Assembly: GCA_949373255.1 (NCBI GenBank)
Contig: CASICS010000004.1
Location: 41,625-105,624 of the forward strand
Direction of reading: 5' to 3'
Source: an uncultured SAR86 cluster bacterium
Lineage (GTDB): Bacteria > Pseudomonadota > Gammaproteobacteria > Magnimaribacterales > AG-339-G14
Length of the DNA stretch: 64,000 nt
Positions 29,419 to 39,794 of the stretch are shown here, piece by piece. How positions within the stretch are numbered: position 1 is the stretch's first letter; the number at the start of each line of letters is the position of its first letter. The position numbers and the translations under genes were made by a program. Below the pieces are notes generated by a model. The model did not search any database. It saw nothing but the letters and a program-made list of their open reading frames with translations, and was not told where the DNA came from.

Positions 29419-32400
29419 CTATTGCATGCGATAAGTGAATCCAGCTTTGATATATCTTCCTAATGGACTATGAGTATTTGGATCATAGTTCATTTCCCAG
29501 GCTACTAAAGGTGGGTTTTCATCAGTTAGATTATAGACAGAAAGTGACAAATCAAATTGATCATCCATAGTGTAAGTATAAGTTGCATCTACAGTTGTTT
29601 GAGCATCAATGCCTAAAGAGCCTCGACGGTCGTAGTAGCTATCTATGTGATTAACCGCTACATATAGATTATGAAGGTTATCTTTATAGTTAGTAAATGC
29701 TTTAGCCTTTCTAGCCGGCATAGATCTGCAAGTATTGTTAATATTGAAAAATCCAGCACATTCATAAGCTCCAGCTATCGTTACACCATTTATAATGTAA
29801 GCAGCAACAGAGTAGTCAATAATTTCAGTTGCTTCTATACCCGTTGCCAAAGTACCGTTAGCTATATCCATTTCATATTGAACGAATAAATCTATCCCAT
29901 CTGTTTCGGTAGAAGGTCCATTAACATAGTTGGATTGAATCCTAGCAACACTAGAAGCTGCACCAGTTCCATCATTGACCAAACCACCCGATGTTGAAGT
30001 AAATATCTGGCTTTGAATAGCAGCTTTTGCTGCACCGCCGCCAGCATAAGCTGACATCAATTGAGTGTAGTTTTCACTAATTATTGGATTTCTAAAATCA
30101 AAATTATAATAATCAATAGTTGCTGTCCAATTATCTGTTCCAAAATCTGTTACAAGTCCTACATTGTAGGTAGTTGCTTCTTCCGGTTTTAAATTTGGAT
30201 TTCCTGTGATATCTACTCCTTTAAAAGCCCCTGCTTGAGATACATATGAAAGTGCAGTAACACGAGTGTTAGATGTTTCATCTGGATGTGGCGCTCTGAA
30301 GGTAGTTTGTCCAGTAAACCTCATAGTTAATGATTCCATTGGAGTCCATCGAGCTACTATTTTAGGATCTAAAGTAGAATCGGTTCCGTAATCTTCATAT
30401 CTTAAAGCTATTTGCATATCGAATGAATCAGAAACAGGTAGTGCTAACTCTCCAAAGAATGCATCAACGTTTTGATCTGTATCAACTTCAAAAGTTGGCG
30501 CCAAAAACATAAACAAACCTACTGGATTAGCCGCACATGCCGCTCTTCCAGATGCTGATTCATTTTCTGTTGGTGTCGCACATGGATAAAGTAATCCATT
30601 ATGAATATTTGTATTCGAGTTACCAGCTGTAGGGCCAGCTCTATTCGGTGTCGTAGTTTTAATATTATATTCTCGTCTTTCATAACCTAATGCCCAAGCT
30701 GCATCGCCACCGGCTAATTCAAAATTAGAGTAAGTACCTTGAGCAACAAAATCGGCTGTCGTTAATGTTGACTCTGAAATAGTTATTCTTTGATCGATTA
30801 AATATCTCATTAAATCTGCTGAGTTAGCTAAACTAGATTCGTAGTATTGGTTAGTTGTCGCTCCTGCTTGCTGAGCTAATTCGACAGAATTAGACAGAGG
30901 ATTGACATACTGACAGCCTGTAGGCCTTGCTGTGTCTTTATCTTTAACAACTGAAGCAGCAATTGCTGTATTCGTAGATTTGACTTTGAACTGCGGAGTT
31001 AAATCAGTTGCGCTTGTATTTAACGCCGTTAATTCAACATCACAATTGGGTCCACCATAGCCCCAAAGGGCGGATAAATACTTATGTTGTTGTGTATCTG
31101 AAGAAGTGATTTCTCCTTCACTAGTTGAATAATTTAAGCTAGCTGCATACTGAACATCATCTGTTAAATTACCTTCTATTCCAAAAGCCATTCTATAAGT
31201 ATCGTATTCTCTAGATTCAGTTTGCGCTCCTCTTGAATTTCCAAAAGGGTTACCGCCTGCTCCCATAGCTCTAACTCTTAACCTATGATAGGCACTTCTA
31301 TCGGTTCCATCACCACCATAATTGGTTGCGGTTAAACTATCACAAAAAGCCGAGTGATCTGTACATAACTGAGTCATACCAGGATGAAAATCAGGTATGG
31401 TGTTTGTAGAGGGATTGTTTGGAGGGTATGACGGAGATGTTGCCCAATGAGGAACATCCGTATTTCCATACAAAAACTCTGCGTGATAATCATGTCCATT
31501 GATGTCGCCATTAGCTTCCATCCACAATTGCGTGTTTTCTTGTTCTTCTTGAACATTATCAAACCAAGAGTATTGATATCGACAGAAACCTGCGGCACTA
31601 GCATCAGCTGTAACATTCGTATAAGACGGAATATTCTGGAAATATCCACCAGCATCGTTACAACCAGGATCAGCCAAGAAATTAAATCCACCTCCGTCAA
31701 ACCAAACAAAAGTTGGAGGGTTACCTAAAGTTGACCAACCACCTGCTGCGTCACCACTTCCTTTGTAAGTGTTTGGAAATGATCTGATCGCATAATCCGT
31801 TTCTCTAGCTGCGAGTTCCGGTTTGAATTGTTGACCCAAAGAAATCATAAAGTTTGTATCGCCTATGAGCGTGCCATAAGTTAAAGAAAATTCTCTTGCT
31901 TCATCATCTGCATCTGGAATATCTTTACCTGCTATATTTGCTTTAAAGCCAATAAAATTAGCGTCGGTAATAAAGTTGACTACACCAGAAATCGCATCAG
32001 ATCCATAAGTTGCTGCTGCTCCTTCTTTCAAAATTTCTATAGTTCTTAAAGCTCCCATTGGTAAATCATGAAGGTTTACAGATCGTCCAGCACCAGTCGT
32101 TAATGGAGCTGTAACTTGTCTTTTACCGTTAATAAGAACCAAAGTTCTATTTGTTCCCAAACCTCTCAAGTTAACATTTGAAAGTCCCTCAGCTCCATTG
32201 GAGCCGAACTGATTTGATTCACCATCCATCCCAGTACTTCCTGGAATCATTTTTATTAGCTCTACAATATTTAGGTTTCCCTGAGCAGTAACGCTCTCAG
32301 AATCAATTTTTTGAATAGGTGAGCCTGAATCAATTGGCGTACCTTTAATTAAGGAACCAATTACAGTAACTGACTCATCCTGAGCAAAGGCAGCAAAAGA

Positions 32401-32442
32401 AATACAGCTTGCCACCATAGTTAATAAGATTTTTTTCAACAT
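29419..32442 (-). CDS. TonB-dependent outer-membrane receptor (1007 aa)
   Basis: It has a signal peptide (…SFAAFA/QDE), a TonB-box-like ESVTVIGS, a plug domain (NLRGLGTNRTLVLINGKR), and a long Gly/Thr/Tyr/Asn-rich beta-barrel. Confidence 0.85.
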   Translation of the reverse strand: MLKKILLTMVASCISFAAFAQDESVTVIGSLIKGTPIDSGSPIQKIDSESVTAQGNLNIVELIKMIPGSTGMDGESNQFGSNGAEGLSNVNLRGLGTNRTLVLINGKRQVTAPLTTGAGRSVNLHDLPMGALRTIEILKEGAAATYGSDAISGVVNFITDANFIGFKANIAGKDIPDADDEAREFSLTYGTLIGDTNFMISLGQQFKPELAARETDYAIRSFPNTYKGSGDAAGGWSTLGNPPTFVWFDGGGFNFLADPGCNDAGGYFQNIPSYTNVTADASAAGFCRYQYSWFDNVQEEQENTQLWMEANGDINGHDYHAEFLYGNTDVPHWATSPSYPPNNPSTNTIPDFHPGMTQLCTDHSAFCDSLTATNYGGDGTDRSAYHRLRVRAMGAGGNPFGNSRGAQTESREYDTYRMAFGIEGNLTDDVQYAASLNYSTSEGEITSSDTQQHKYLSALWGYGGPNCDVELTALNTSATDLTPQFKVKSTNTAIAASVVKDKDTARPTGCQYVNPLSNSVELAQQAGATTNQYYESSLANSADLMRYLIDQRITISESTLTTADFVAQGTYSNFELAGGDAAWALGYERREYNIKTTTPNRAGPTAGNSNTNIHNGLLYPCATPTENESASGRAACAANPVGLFMFLAPTFEVDTDQNVDAFFGELALPVSDSFDMQIALRYEDYGTDSTLDPKIVARWTPMESLTMRFTGQTTFRAPHPDETSNTRVTALSYVSQAGAFKGVDITGNPNLKPEEATTYNVGLVTDFGTDNWTATIDYYNFDFRNPIISENYTQLMSAYAGGGAAKAAIQSQIFTSTSGGLVNDGTGAASSVARIQSNYVNGPSTETDGIDLFVQYEMDIANGTLATGIEATEIIDYSVAAYIINGVTIAGAYECAGFFNINNTCRSMPARKAKAFTNYKDNLHNLYVAVNHIDSYYDRRGSLGIDAQTTVDATYTYTMDDQFDLSLSVYNLTDENPPLVAWEMNYDPNTHSPLGRYIKAGFTYRMQ

Positions 32443-32558
32443 TTATTCCCCCTAGGAATTATTTTTAGTTAATTTAAATTACATGAAATTAAAAAAAGAA
32501 ACAAGGCAAAAAGGAACTAATTTATGACAAAATGTCACTAAAAGTAAAAATTTATAAA

Positions 32559-33434
32559 TTATTTTTTCATTGGTCTGATTAGCCCTTCTTGAACTGCAGA
32601 AGCAACTAAAGTTCCATCTTTTGTAAAAATGTTACCCCTATTAAAGCCATTGGCATTACTAGCACTTGGACTGTCGAGGGCATAAAGCAACCATTCATCT
32701 GCTCTAAATTCTCTGTGAAACCACATTGCATGATCTAAGCTTGCTGCCTGAATAGTTCGATTAAAAGCACCCCAGCCAATACCGTGTGGTTTTTGACAAG
32801 TACCCATTAAACCCATATCAGATGCATAGGCCAATACGGCTTGATGCACCAAATAATTATCCGGCAGTTTTCCCGATGCTTTTATCCAAATGTGTTTGAT
32901 AGGAGGACCTACATCTTTAGTAAAAGGATCCCAAGGTTCTACGTTTCTTATCTCAATTGGTTTGTCTCTTAGAAAAGCATCCAGCATTTCTTTTGGAATC
33001 TTGCCTTTAAATTCTTCTCTAACTTCCCTGTCGCTTTTGAGAGATTCCGGACCTGGGACATCTGGCATTTCAAATTGATGTTCATAACCTTCTTCTTTAA
33101 CCTTGAAAGAAACAGACATATTAAAAATAAATTCTCCATTTTGAATTGCATTGACAGTTCGCGTAGTGAAACTTTTTCCATCTCTTATTCTGTCAACGTT
33201 ATAAAGAATCGGCATGTCTACTCGGCCAGGTCTCAAAAAATATGCATGCAAGGAATGAGCAATTCTTGAACCTTCAACTGTTTGGTGAGCCGCACTCAAA
33301 GCTTGTCCTATTACCTGTCCTCCGAAGACTCTACCCCAAGCGGTTTTCTCACTTTGGCCGCGAAACAGGTTTTCTTCAAATTTTTCTAACGCTAGAGTTT
33401 TTACTAGCTCGTCTAATAATTTTTGATCTGTCAT
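32559..33434 (-). CDS. tesB: acyl-CoA thioesterase II
   Basis: It has a double hot-dog layout. LLDELVKTLALEKFEENLFRGQS and GGQVIGQAL are typical of TesB. Confidence 0.85.
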   Translation of the reverse strand: MTDQKLLDELVKTLALEKFEENLFRGQSEKTAWGRVFGGQVIGQALSAAHQTVEGSRIAHSLHAYFLRPGRVDMPILYNVDRIRDGKSFTTRTVNAIQNGEFIFNMSVSFKVKEEGYEHQFEMPDVPGPESLKSDREVREEFKGKIPKEMLDAFLRDKPIEIRNVEPWDPFTKDVGPPIKHIWIKASGKLPDNYLVHQAVLAYASDMGLMGTCQKPHGIGWGAFNRTIQAASLDHAMWFHREFRADEWLLYALDSPSASNANGFNRGNIFTKDGTLVASAVQEGLIRPMKK

Positions 33435-33436
33435 TT

Positions 33437-34225
33437 TTAATCCTTTATAGAATGATCGACTGTCTTGGCTGGCGAATCGGTCGAGGGTCTGCCAACGATG
33501 ATTGCCGGAACCCCTGCAACTGTTGTGTTCATTGGAACATTTTCAAGTACAACACTGCCTGCGGCTACTTTCGCACCTTCGCCTATTTCAACATTACCAA
33601 TGATTTTAGCTCCAGCGCTAATCAAGACACCCTTGCGAACTTTAGGGTGGCGATCTCCGGTAATTTTTCCTGTTCCACCAAGAGTCACGCCTTGAAAAAT
33701 AGAAACATCATCTTCAACTATGCTTGTCTCACCAATAACTATTCCTGTCGCATGATCTAACATCACGCCATTTCCAATAGATGCACTAGGGTGAATATCA
33801 ACGCCATAAATTTTAGAAGCCTGGCTTTGTAAAAAAGATGCCATAAAAGTTTTCTTTATCTTTATAAAGTTACTTGCCGCTCTATGTGATTGCAAAGCCA
33901 AAAACCCTTTTGAAAATAGCAAGGTTAACAAATAGCCCTTTGATGCTGGGTCTCTTTTTTTAACTGCTGATAAATCTTTTACGACTCCAGCTAATATTGC
34001 TTCATCTTGAAAAATAACTTCTAATTCTTTTTTTAAAAAAATATCACTAAAGCCTTCCTCATGAATATCGCAAGCCAAATCTTCAGCTAACCTAAAAGAC
34101 AGAGCTTCTCCCAAGCCTTTGTATGGCAAAACATGAGCTTGAAGAAAAACTTCAGCATGCGAATCTTCATCGGCAAATTTCTTTGCTTCATCTTCGATTT
34201 CAGACCAGATCTTTATTGCATCCAT
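33437..34225 (-). CDS. cysE: serine O-acetyltransferase
   Basis: It has an N-terminal SATase helical domain plus hexapeptide repeats (GVDIHPSASIGNGVMLDHATGIVIGE). Confidence 0.9.
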   Translation of the reverse strand: MDAIKIWSEIEDEAKKFADEDSHAEVFLQAHVLPYKGLGEALSFRLAEDLACDIHEEGFSDIFLKKELEVIFQDEAILAGVVKDLSAVKKRDPASKGYLLTLLFSKGFLALQSHRAASNFIKIKKTFMASFLQSQASKIYGVDIHPSASIGNGVMLDHATGIVIGETSIVEDDVSIFQGVTLGGTGKITGDRHPKVRKGVLISAGAKIIGNVEIGEGAKVAAGSVVLENVPMNTTVAGVPAIIVGRPSTDSPAKTVDHSIKD

Positions 34226-34327
34226 AATAATAACTTTAGAGTAAAAATTATAAGGTAAGTTTACTTGAAGACATGGATAATTTCTTGCTGTCTTAGTAAA
34301 AAAAAGGATAATAAACTCTTTTACATT

Positions 34328-35317
34328 ATGGCCACCTACACAAATTTTTCAGAAAACACACCTGACGTTAAAATCAATGTCGGAGATACCTTCGGTATAA
34401 AAGCAGATTTTGAAGTTCCCGCTTTCGCTGAAGCGAATGAATACGTTCCACAAATAGATGAATCTTATTGCTTTGATAAAGCAACGACTCTTTCAATTCT
34501 TGCTGGATTTTCCAACAACAGAAGAGTAATGGTGCAAGGTCTTCATGGCTCTGGTAAGTCTACTCACATCGAACAAGTTGCAGCTCGGTTAAACTGGCCC
34601 TGTGTTAGGGTCAACTTAGATAGTCACATCAGTCGATTAGACCTGTTGGGTAAAGATGCGATAGTAATTGAGAGCAATAAACAAATTACGAAATTTCAAG
34701 AAGGTATTTTGCCATGGGCTATTCAAAATCCCACTGCCTTGGTCTTTGATGAATACGATGCCGGAAGACCAGATGTTATGTTTGTAATTCAAAGAGTTTT
34801 AGAGGTGGAAGGCAAATTAACTTTATTAGATCAAAATAGAGTCTTAACTCCGAATCCCTTTTTTAGACTCTTTGCTACTGCAAATACAGTAGGTCTAGGC
34901 GATAGCACTGGTCTTTATCACGGCACCCAACAAATAAATCAAGGTCAAATGGATAGATGGCAAATCGTGTCATGTCTTAATTATTTATCAGTAGAATTGG
35001 AAACCAAGGTAATTCTTTCAAAAGTTCCCGAACTTAATAATAAGAAAGGCTTACTATCTGTGAAGAATATGATTGAACTAGCTAACTTAACTAGAGAAGG
35101 ATTTAAAAATGGAGACATATCCAATTTAATGTCACCAAGAACGGTCATTAGCTGGGCTGAGAATTTCCAAATTTTTTCAGATTTAGCCACTTCATTTGAA
35201 TTGAGTTTTTTAAACAAGTGTGACGAAACTGAGAAGCCAATAATTTCGGAGTACTTTCAAAGATGTTTTGATATTGAAGTTGCTGACTCAGTATCAAAGC
35301 TAATAGATAAGGATTGA
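34328..35317 (+). CDS. cobS: CobS-like MoxR-class AAA+ ATPase
   Basis: It is very close to aerobic cobaltochelatase CobS ([30 protein letters not shown], Walker [31 protein letters not shown]). I prefer the ATG at 34328 over the TTG-initiated extension at 34265. Confidence 0.8.
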   Translation: MATYTNFSENTPDVKINVGDTFGIKADFEVPAFAEANEYVPQIDESYCFDKATTLSILAGFSNNRRVMVQGLHGSGKSTHIEQVAARLNWPCVRVNLDSHISRLDLLGKDAIVIESNKQITKFQEGILPWAIQNPTALVFDEYDAGRPDVMFVIQRVLEVEGKLTLLDQNRVLTPNPFFRLFATANTVGLGDSTGLYHGTQQINQGQMDRWQIVSCLNYLSVELETKVILSKVPELNNKKGLLSVKNMIELANLTREGFKNGDISNLMSPRTVISWAENFQIFSDLATSFELSFLNKCDETEKPIISEYFQRCFDIEVADSVSKLIDKD

Positions 35318-37071
35318 GCGATAAATCTTCAGATCAAGTAATAAAGGATGCTCTCTCATCTTCGACGAGAGCTATATCTAAGAATAAGGAATTAGAACTC
35401 AGTTTTGGCATAGACTCGCTATCATCTAATTCAATTCCTAAGGTTTCATCATCCAAAGAAGATCTTGTTTTTTCCAGGGGCAAATCAGACAAGATTGCTC
35501 TTAAAGAAAAATATTCAACTGAATCTCCAAATAAAATAACTGGCGTTGCTGAATTAGATCAAATCTTATTCGACCAAAACGAGATAAGACTCGAAATTTT
35601 AGGTTCTCTACAATTCAGCGGCGTTAAAAATAATTTACATTCTGTTTTTCTTGAATCTTTAAAAGATTTTGCTCCTGAGACCCCCCTTCAAGGTGCAAGC
35701 AAAGCTTTACAGATTTGGCTCAAGCAAAACATCTTGAAACTCAAATTGACGCCTAAAGAAGAAAAGTTTTTAAAGCCCCTGAAAGAAGATTTAAATGCTA
35801 TTGAAAAAAAATATATTCCTCGTATCAAAGAGTCACTCGAGGTTAAAGAAGATTATTTATCTGAAATCCAAGAAGTATTGAATGCTCTTAATATTTCATT
35901 TGATGAAAACAAAGAAGAACAAGAAGACGAGGAATCATCATCTGATCAAGAGGATCAAAGTGATTCTGAGGATCAAGATGGACAGGATGAAGATCAATCT
36001 GAAGAAAGCACTCCTTCGGAACCCGAAGAAGCAGAAAATGAATCTTCTGAAGATTTTGATATGGAAGATGGAGAAACCGAGGAGACAGAAGAGGAGTGGT
36101 TAGAAAATAGATCAAAATTAGAAGAGCTTTTAGGTCAAGTTAAAGAAACTGAATATAAAGTTTTTTCGAGAGATTATGATGAGACTATTGATGCAGAAGA
36201 TTTATGTTCAGCCGAGGAGTTAAGAAGATTAAGAACACGCTTAGATCAACTCATTGATCCTAGCAAATCAGTTATAGCAAAACTTGCAAATCGCTTGCAA
36301 AGACTTCTTTTGGCGCAACAAAACCGTTCCTGGGAATATGATAAAGATGAAGGTATTTTAGATACCTCAAAGTTACATAAAATTATCACTGATCCGCTTA
36401 CCTCTTTAAGCTTTAAACAAGAAAAAGATACTAAATTTAAAGATACAGTTGTAACAATTTTAGTGGATAGCTCTGGTTCGATGAGAGGAAGATCAATGAC
36501 TACTGCAGCAATTTCTGCAGACATCATTGGAGCTACTTTGGATAGATGTAATATCAAAACTGAAATACTTGGTTTTACTACTAAAAATTGGAAAGGCGGA
36601 GAGAGTAGAAGATTATGGGTTGAATGCGGAAAACCCAATAACCCTGGCCGATTAAACGATTTACGTCATATTATATTTAAACCGGCAGATCTTGCCTGGA
36701 GAAGAGCTAAGAAAAATCTTGGCTTAATGTTAAGAGAGGGTTTGCTTAAAGAAAATGTTGATGGTGAGGCTCTTTTGTGGGCTTGTGGAAGACTATTTAA
36801 AAGGCCTGAGCAAAGGCAAATTTTAATGGTTATTTCAGATGGTGCTCCAGTGGACGATAGTACACTATCAACTAATTCAACTAGTTATTTAGACAACCAT
36901 CTGAAGGCTGTTATAAAAGAAATAGAAAATAAAACTGATATAGATCTTCTGGCTATTGGTATTGGTCATGATGTAACCAGGTATTATTCAAAAGCGGTTA
37001 CAATTCACAGAGCTGAAGAACTCGGTGGGGTAATGTTAGAGCAACTCACAGAATTATTTATTACGGATTAA
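35314..37071 (+). CDS. cobT: CobT-like protein with a central acidic tract and a C-terminal von Willebrand A domain
   Basis: It has a Glu/Asp/Ser-rich low-complexity block (about 35890-36110), then a VWA with MIDAS DSSGSM. It overlaps the cobS-like stop by 4 nt. Confidence 0.75.
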   Translation: MSDKSSDQVIKDALSSSTRAISKNKELELSFGIDSLSSNSIPKVSSSKEDLVFSRGKSDKIALKEKYSTESPNKITGVAELDQILFDQNEIRLEILGSLQFSGVKNNLHSVFLESLKDFAPETPLQGASKALQIWLKQNILKLKLTPKEEKFLKPLKEDLNAIEKKYIPRIKESLEVKEDYLSEIQEVLNALNISFDENKEEQEDEESSSDQEDQSDSEDQDGQDEDQSEESTPSEPEEAENESSEDFDMEDGETEETEEEWLENRSKLEELLGQVKETEYKVFSRDYDETIDAEDLCSAEELRRLRTRLDQLIDPSKSVIAKLANRLQRLLLAQQNRSWEYDKDEGILDTSKLHKIITDPLTSLSFKQEKDTKFKDTVVTILVDSSGSMRGRSMTTAAISADIIGATLDRCNIKTEILGFTTKNWKGGESRRLWVECGKPNNPGRLNDLRHIIFKPADLAWRRAKKNLGLMLREGLLKENVDGEALLWACGRLFKRPEQRQILMVISDGAPVDDSTLSTNSTSYLDNHLKAVIKEIENKTDIDLLAIGIGHDVTRYYSKAVTIHRAEELGGVMLEQLTELFITD

Positions 37072-37120
37072 CCTTTTTAAATATACATAGAATATTTGCC
37101 CTAATATTACGTATTTTTTA

Positions 37121-37149
37121 TTGACTTATAACCTCAAAAGGCATAAGTT
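37121..37149 (+). promoter_or_regulatory. candidate sigma70 promoter (TTGACT-17 nt-TAAGTT) just upstream of the di-iron oxygenase gene
   Basis: The hexamers and spacing are read directly from the sequence. The -10 ends 6 nt before the ATG, which implies a leaderless or near-leaderless transcript if it is used. Confidence 0.3.
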
Positions 37150-37155
37150 TTTGCT

Positions 37156-38352
37156 ATGAAAATTACAAAAACTGACAGTCCCCCTAAAGATTTGGTTTAT
37201 TTTGGTGAGGCGAAGCAAGAAAACCACGCAGAAGAAGAATTAGATTTATCTCCGAAGCAAGTTGAAGATGTAGTAGAGATATTCAACACTCCTTTAACAG
37301 GCTCTTATAACTGGGATTACACAGTTGCAGATAATAGAATCAAAAAGCTCTACGAATTAGGTAAAGAAATGAATTGGAATGGTTCTATTGATCTCGATTG
37401 GGATTATAACCATCCCGCTGACCAAAAATTAATGGGTATCGAAGGAATTACATTGCCGCATGAGGAACTGGATGCATACAAGAACTTATCGCCTGAAAAG
37501 AAAATAGAATTTGATCGTCATGAAACTGCTGAGGTTCTCTCTCAGTTTTTACATGGAGAACAAGGAGCGTTGCTTGTTGCTTCTCAACTAGCGAATTGTG
37601 CGCCAACTTTTAATGCAAAACTTTATGCAGCGTCGCAAACTTTTGATGAGGCAAGGCATGTAGAGGTTTTCAACAGATATCTTCAAGAGAAAGTAGGTTA
37701 CCACTATCCAATCAACCCTAACTTAAAAGCTTTGTTAGATAAAATCCTTACCGATCCTAGGTGGGATCTTAAATTCATTGGTATGCAAATTATCATTGAA
37801 GGTTTAGCCTTAGCTGCTTTTACTAATATGAAGTTAAGTGCGAATGATCCATTATTAAAAACTCTTCTTCATTACGTCATAAGAGATGAAGCAAGGCATG
37901 TAACTTTCGGTATTAATTACCTAGAAGACTTTGTTCAAACATTAACTCCTGAAGAAATAGAAGACAGAGCTCAGTTTGCATATGAAGCTTGCGTTATTTC
38001 TAGAGAAAGATTGAGCAACAACAAAGCCATGTCTAAATACTTAGATATGACCGAAGATGAAGCTAGAGAGTTCCAATTACAAAATGGTGCAATGGATCAG
38101 TTCAGAAGCTTCCTCTTTTCAAGAGTCATGCCTAATCTTAAAAAGATTGGTCTTTTAACGGATAGTGTTAGACCTAAATATGAAGCATTAGGAATACTAG
38201 AATATGAGCATGCTCCAAGTGATTTTGAAATTGATTGGGCAGAAATAACTAAGCCTTTAGAAACTACTGAGCAAGTTAAAAAAGAATCTGATGAGATGTT
38301 AGCTGCAATACAAGCTCAAGCAGCTGCAGCAGAAGCAACAGCTAATAGCTAA
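37156..38352 (+). CDS. ferritin-like di-iron carboxylate oxygenase (AurF-like family)
   Basis: It has two E...EXXH units (HGEQGA...FDEARHVEVF; IIIEGLA...RDEARHVTFG). The substrate is unknown. Confidence 0.6.
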   Translation: MKITKTDSPPKDLVYFGEAKQENHAEEELDLSPKQVEDVVEIFNTPLTGSYNWDYTVADNRIKKLYELGKEMNWNGSIDLDWDYNHPADQKLMGIEGITLPHEELDAYKNLSPEKKIEFDRHETAEVLSQFLHGEQGALLVASQLANCAPTFNAKLYAASQTFDEARHVEVFNRYLQEKVGYHYPINPNLKALLDKILTDPRWDLKFIGMQIIIEGLALAAFTNMKLSANDPLLKTLLHYVIRDEARHVTFGINYLEDFVQTLTPEEIEDRAQFAYEACVISRERLSNNKAMSKYLDMTEDEAREFQLQNGAMDQFRSFLFSRVMPNLKKIGLLTDSVRPKYEALGILEYEHAPSDFEIDWAEITKPLETTEQVKKESDEMLAAIQAQAAAAEATANS

Positions 38353-38363
38353 ACTAATCTTTA

Positions 38364-38978
38364 ATGGGCGCGCTGGTTGATTTAAATTTGATCAAATCAG
38401 CGCCCATTGATGATACTTATTTTCCATACTTCGCAGTTGAAAACTGCATCACCGAAGATGGGCAATCCCTGCCTAAAGAATTTCCCGATTTAACTAAAGG
38501 CGGGAGTTATCCGAGCGATATGCCGGGTCTTTCTGAAAAGATTAAAAATCTTATATCTGAAATAGAAAGTGAAGAAATGCAAAAAGTACTTTCTGAAAAG
38601 TTTGACATTAATTTAGATGATGTAGAGATAGTGACCACTCTAAGAGGCTACTCAAGAATGAAGGATGGGCAAATCCATACTGATTCGAAAACTAAGCTTC
38701 TTACCATGTTGTTGTATTTAAATGAAAGTTGGGAAGAGAGTGCTGGATTACTTAGAATGCTCAAAAATGATAATGATTTAGAAGATTATATTGAAGAGCT
38801 GCCAGCTACCTTAGGTAGTTTGGTTGTATTTAAAGTAACAGAAAATTGTTGGCATGGTTTTCATCCCTTTGAAGGCAAAAGACTTTCATTGCAAATGAAT
38901 TACATCAAGAAGGAATCTGCTTCACAGCACAAGATTAGACACGGATTAAGTTCTTTTATTAAAAAAATATTTAAGTAA
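38364..38978 (+). CDS. 2OG-Fe(II) oxygenase superfamily protein (prolyl-4-hydroxylase-like)
   Basis: It has an HxD...H facial triad candidate (IHTDSK ... CWHGFHPF) and an RLSLQ 2OG-binding Arg context. Confidence 0.6.
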   Translation: MGALVDLNLIKSAPIDDTYFPYFAVENCITEDGQSLPKEFPDLTKGGSYPSDMPGLSEKIKNLISEIESEEMQKVLSEKFDINLDDVEIVTTLRGYSRMKDGQIHTDSKTKLLTMLLYLNESWEESAGLLRMLKNDNDLEDYIEELPATLGSLVVFKVTENCWHGFHPFEGKRLSLQMNYIKKESASQHKIRHGLSSFIKKIFK

Positions 38979-38990
38979 AAATATCTATAC

Positions 38991-39794
38991 ATGAGCAAAA
39001 TAAGCCTTGGGATAGATTTTGGAATTACTAATACAGATTTGGTTATCGCCGATCACAACCAAATTAGCTACTTTTCTTGCCCTTCTAAGGAAGTAACGAT
39101 TCAAAACCTAAAAGAACTCATCAAAGAAAACCAATTGAATCTCGATGAAATAGAAACTATCGGTGTAACTGGAGGCCGACATAACGATTTACCAGATTTG
39201 GTAAATGATGTCCCTATCACTCATTTTAATGAATTGGATGCCATTGGAAGAGGCGCTCAATCCTTAAGCAAAAATAAAATGGAAAATTTCTTGGTTATAA
39301 GTGCGGGATCTGGAACTGCATGTGTTTTAAAAAAAGACAATCAATTTATTCATGCTGGAGGAACAGGGCTAGGTGGAGGAACTATCAGAGGGTTATGCAA
39401 TCTTCTGATTAAAGAAAATAATCCTGAAAAAATAAATGCACTTTCTTTGAAAGGCGATTATAAGAAAGTAGATTTAATCTTAAAAGATGTTGTATCAGGC
39501 CCGATTGGAAATCTTCCGGAAGAAACTAGCGCTGTGAATTTTGGGAAAGTGAGTGCTTCAAATCTAAGTGATGCTGATCTTGCGGCTGGGGTAATAAATA
39601 TGGTGGCTCAAACAATACTAAAAACGGCAGCTACGGCCGCAATAGTTTCTGGAATATCAAATATTTTAATAATTGGAAGAACCCCTAAATATGATCTACT
39701 TACTAAAATATTAAAAGAAAGTTTTGATCATTTAAATTTAGAAACTGAGTTTATAGAAAACGGGGAGTATGCCATTTGTTTAGGCACTTTATAG
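38991..39794 (+). CDS. type II pantothenate kinase (Fumble/CoaW) family ASKHA ATPase
   Basis: It is collinear with S. aureus CoaW blocks: GIDFGITNTD (phosphate 1), FNELDAIGRGA, ISAGSGTA, GGTGLGGGTIRGL, SAVNFGKV, ENGEYAICLGTL. Confidence 0.6.
   Translation: MSKISLGIDFGITNTDLVIADHNQISYFSCPSKEVTIQNLKELIKENQLNLDEIETIGVTGGRHNDLPDLVNDVPITHFNELDAIGRGAQSLSKNKMENFLVISAGSGTACVLKKDNQFIHAGGTGLGGGTIRGLCNLLIKENNPEKINALSLKGDYKKVDLILKDVVSGPIGNLPEETSAVNFGKVSASNLSDADLAAGVINMVAQTILKTAATAAIVSGISNILIIGRTPKYDLLTKILKESFDHLNLETEFIENGEYAICLGTL

Noticed and set aside
34265-34327. A TTG-initiated 21-aa extension of the cobS-like ORF.
   Set aside because: The CobS homology begins at MATYTNF (ATG 34328). The extension is Cys/Lys-rich and starts only 40 nt from the divergent cysE start.
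35882-36115. Two ORFs (35882-36103 plus strand, 35888-36115 minus strand) in the middle of the cobT-like gene.
   Set aside because: They arise from the GAA/GAT-rich acidic low-complexity tract, and the CobT frame is continuous through it.
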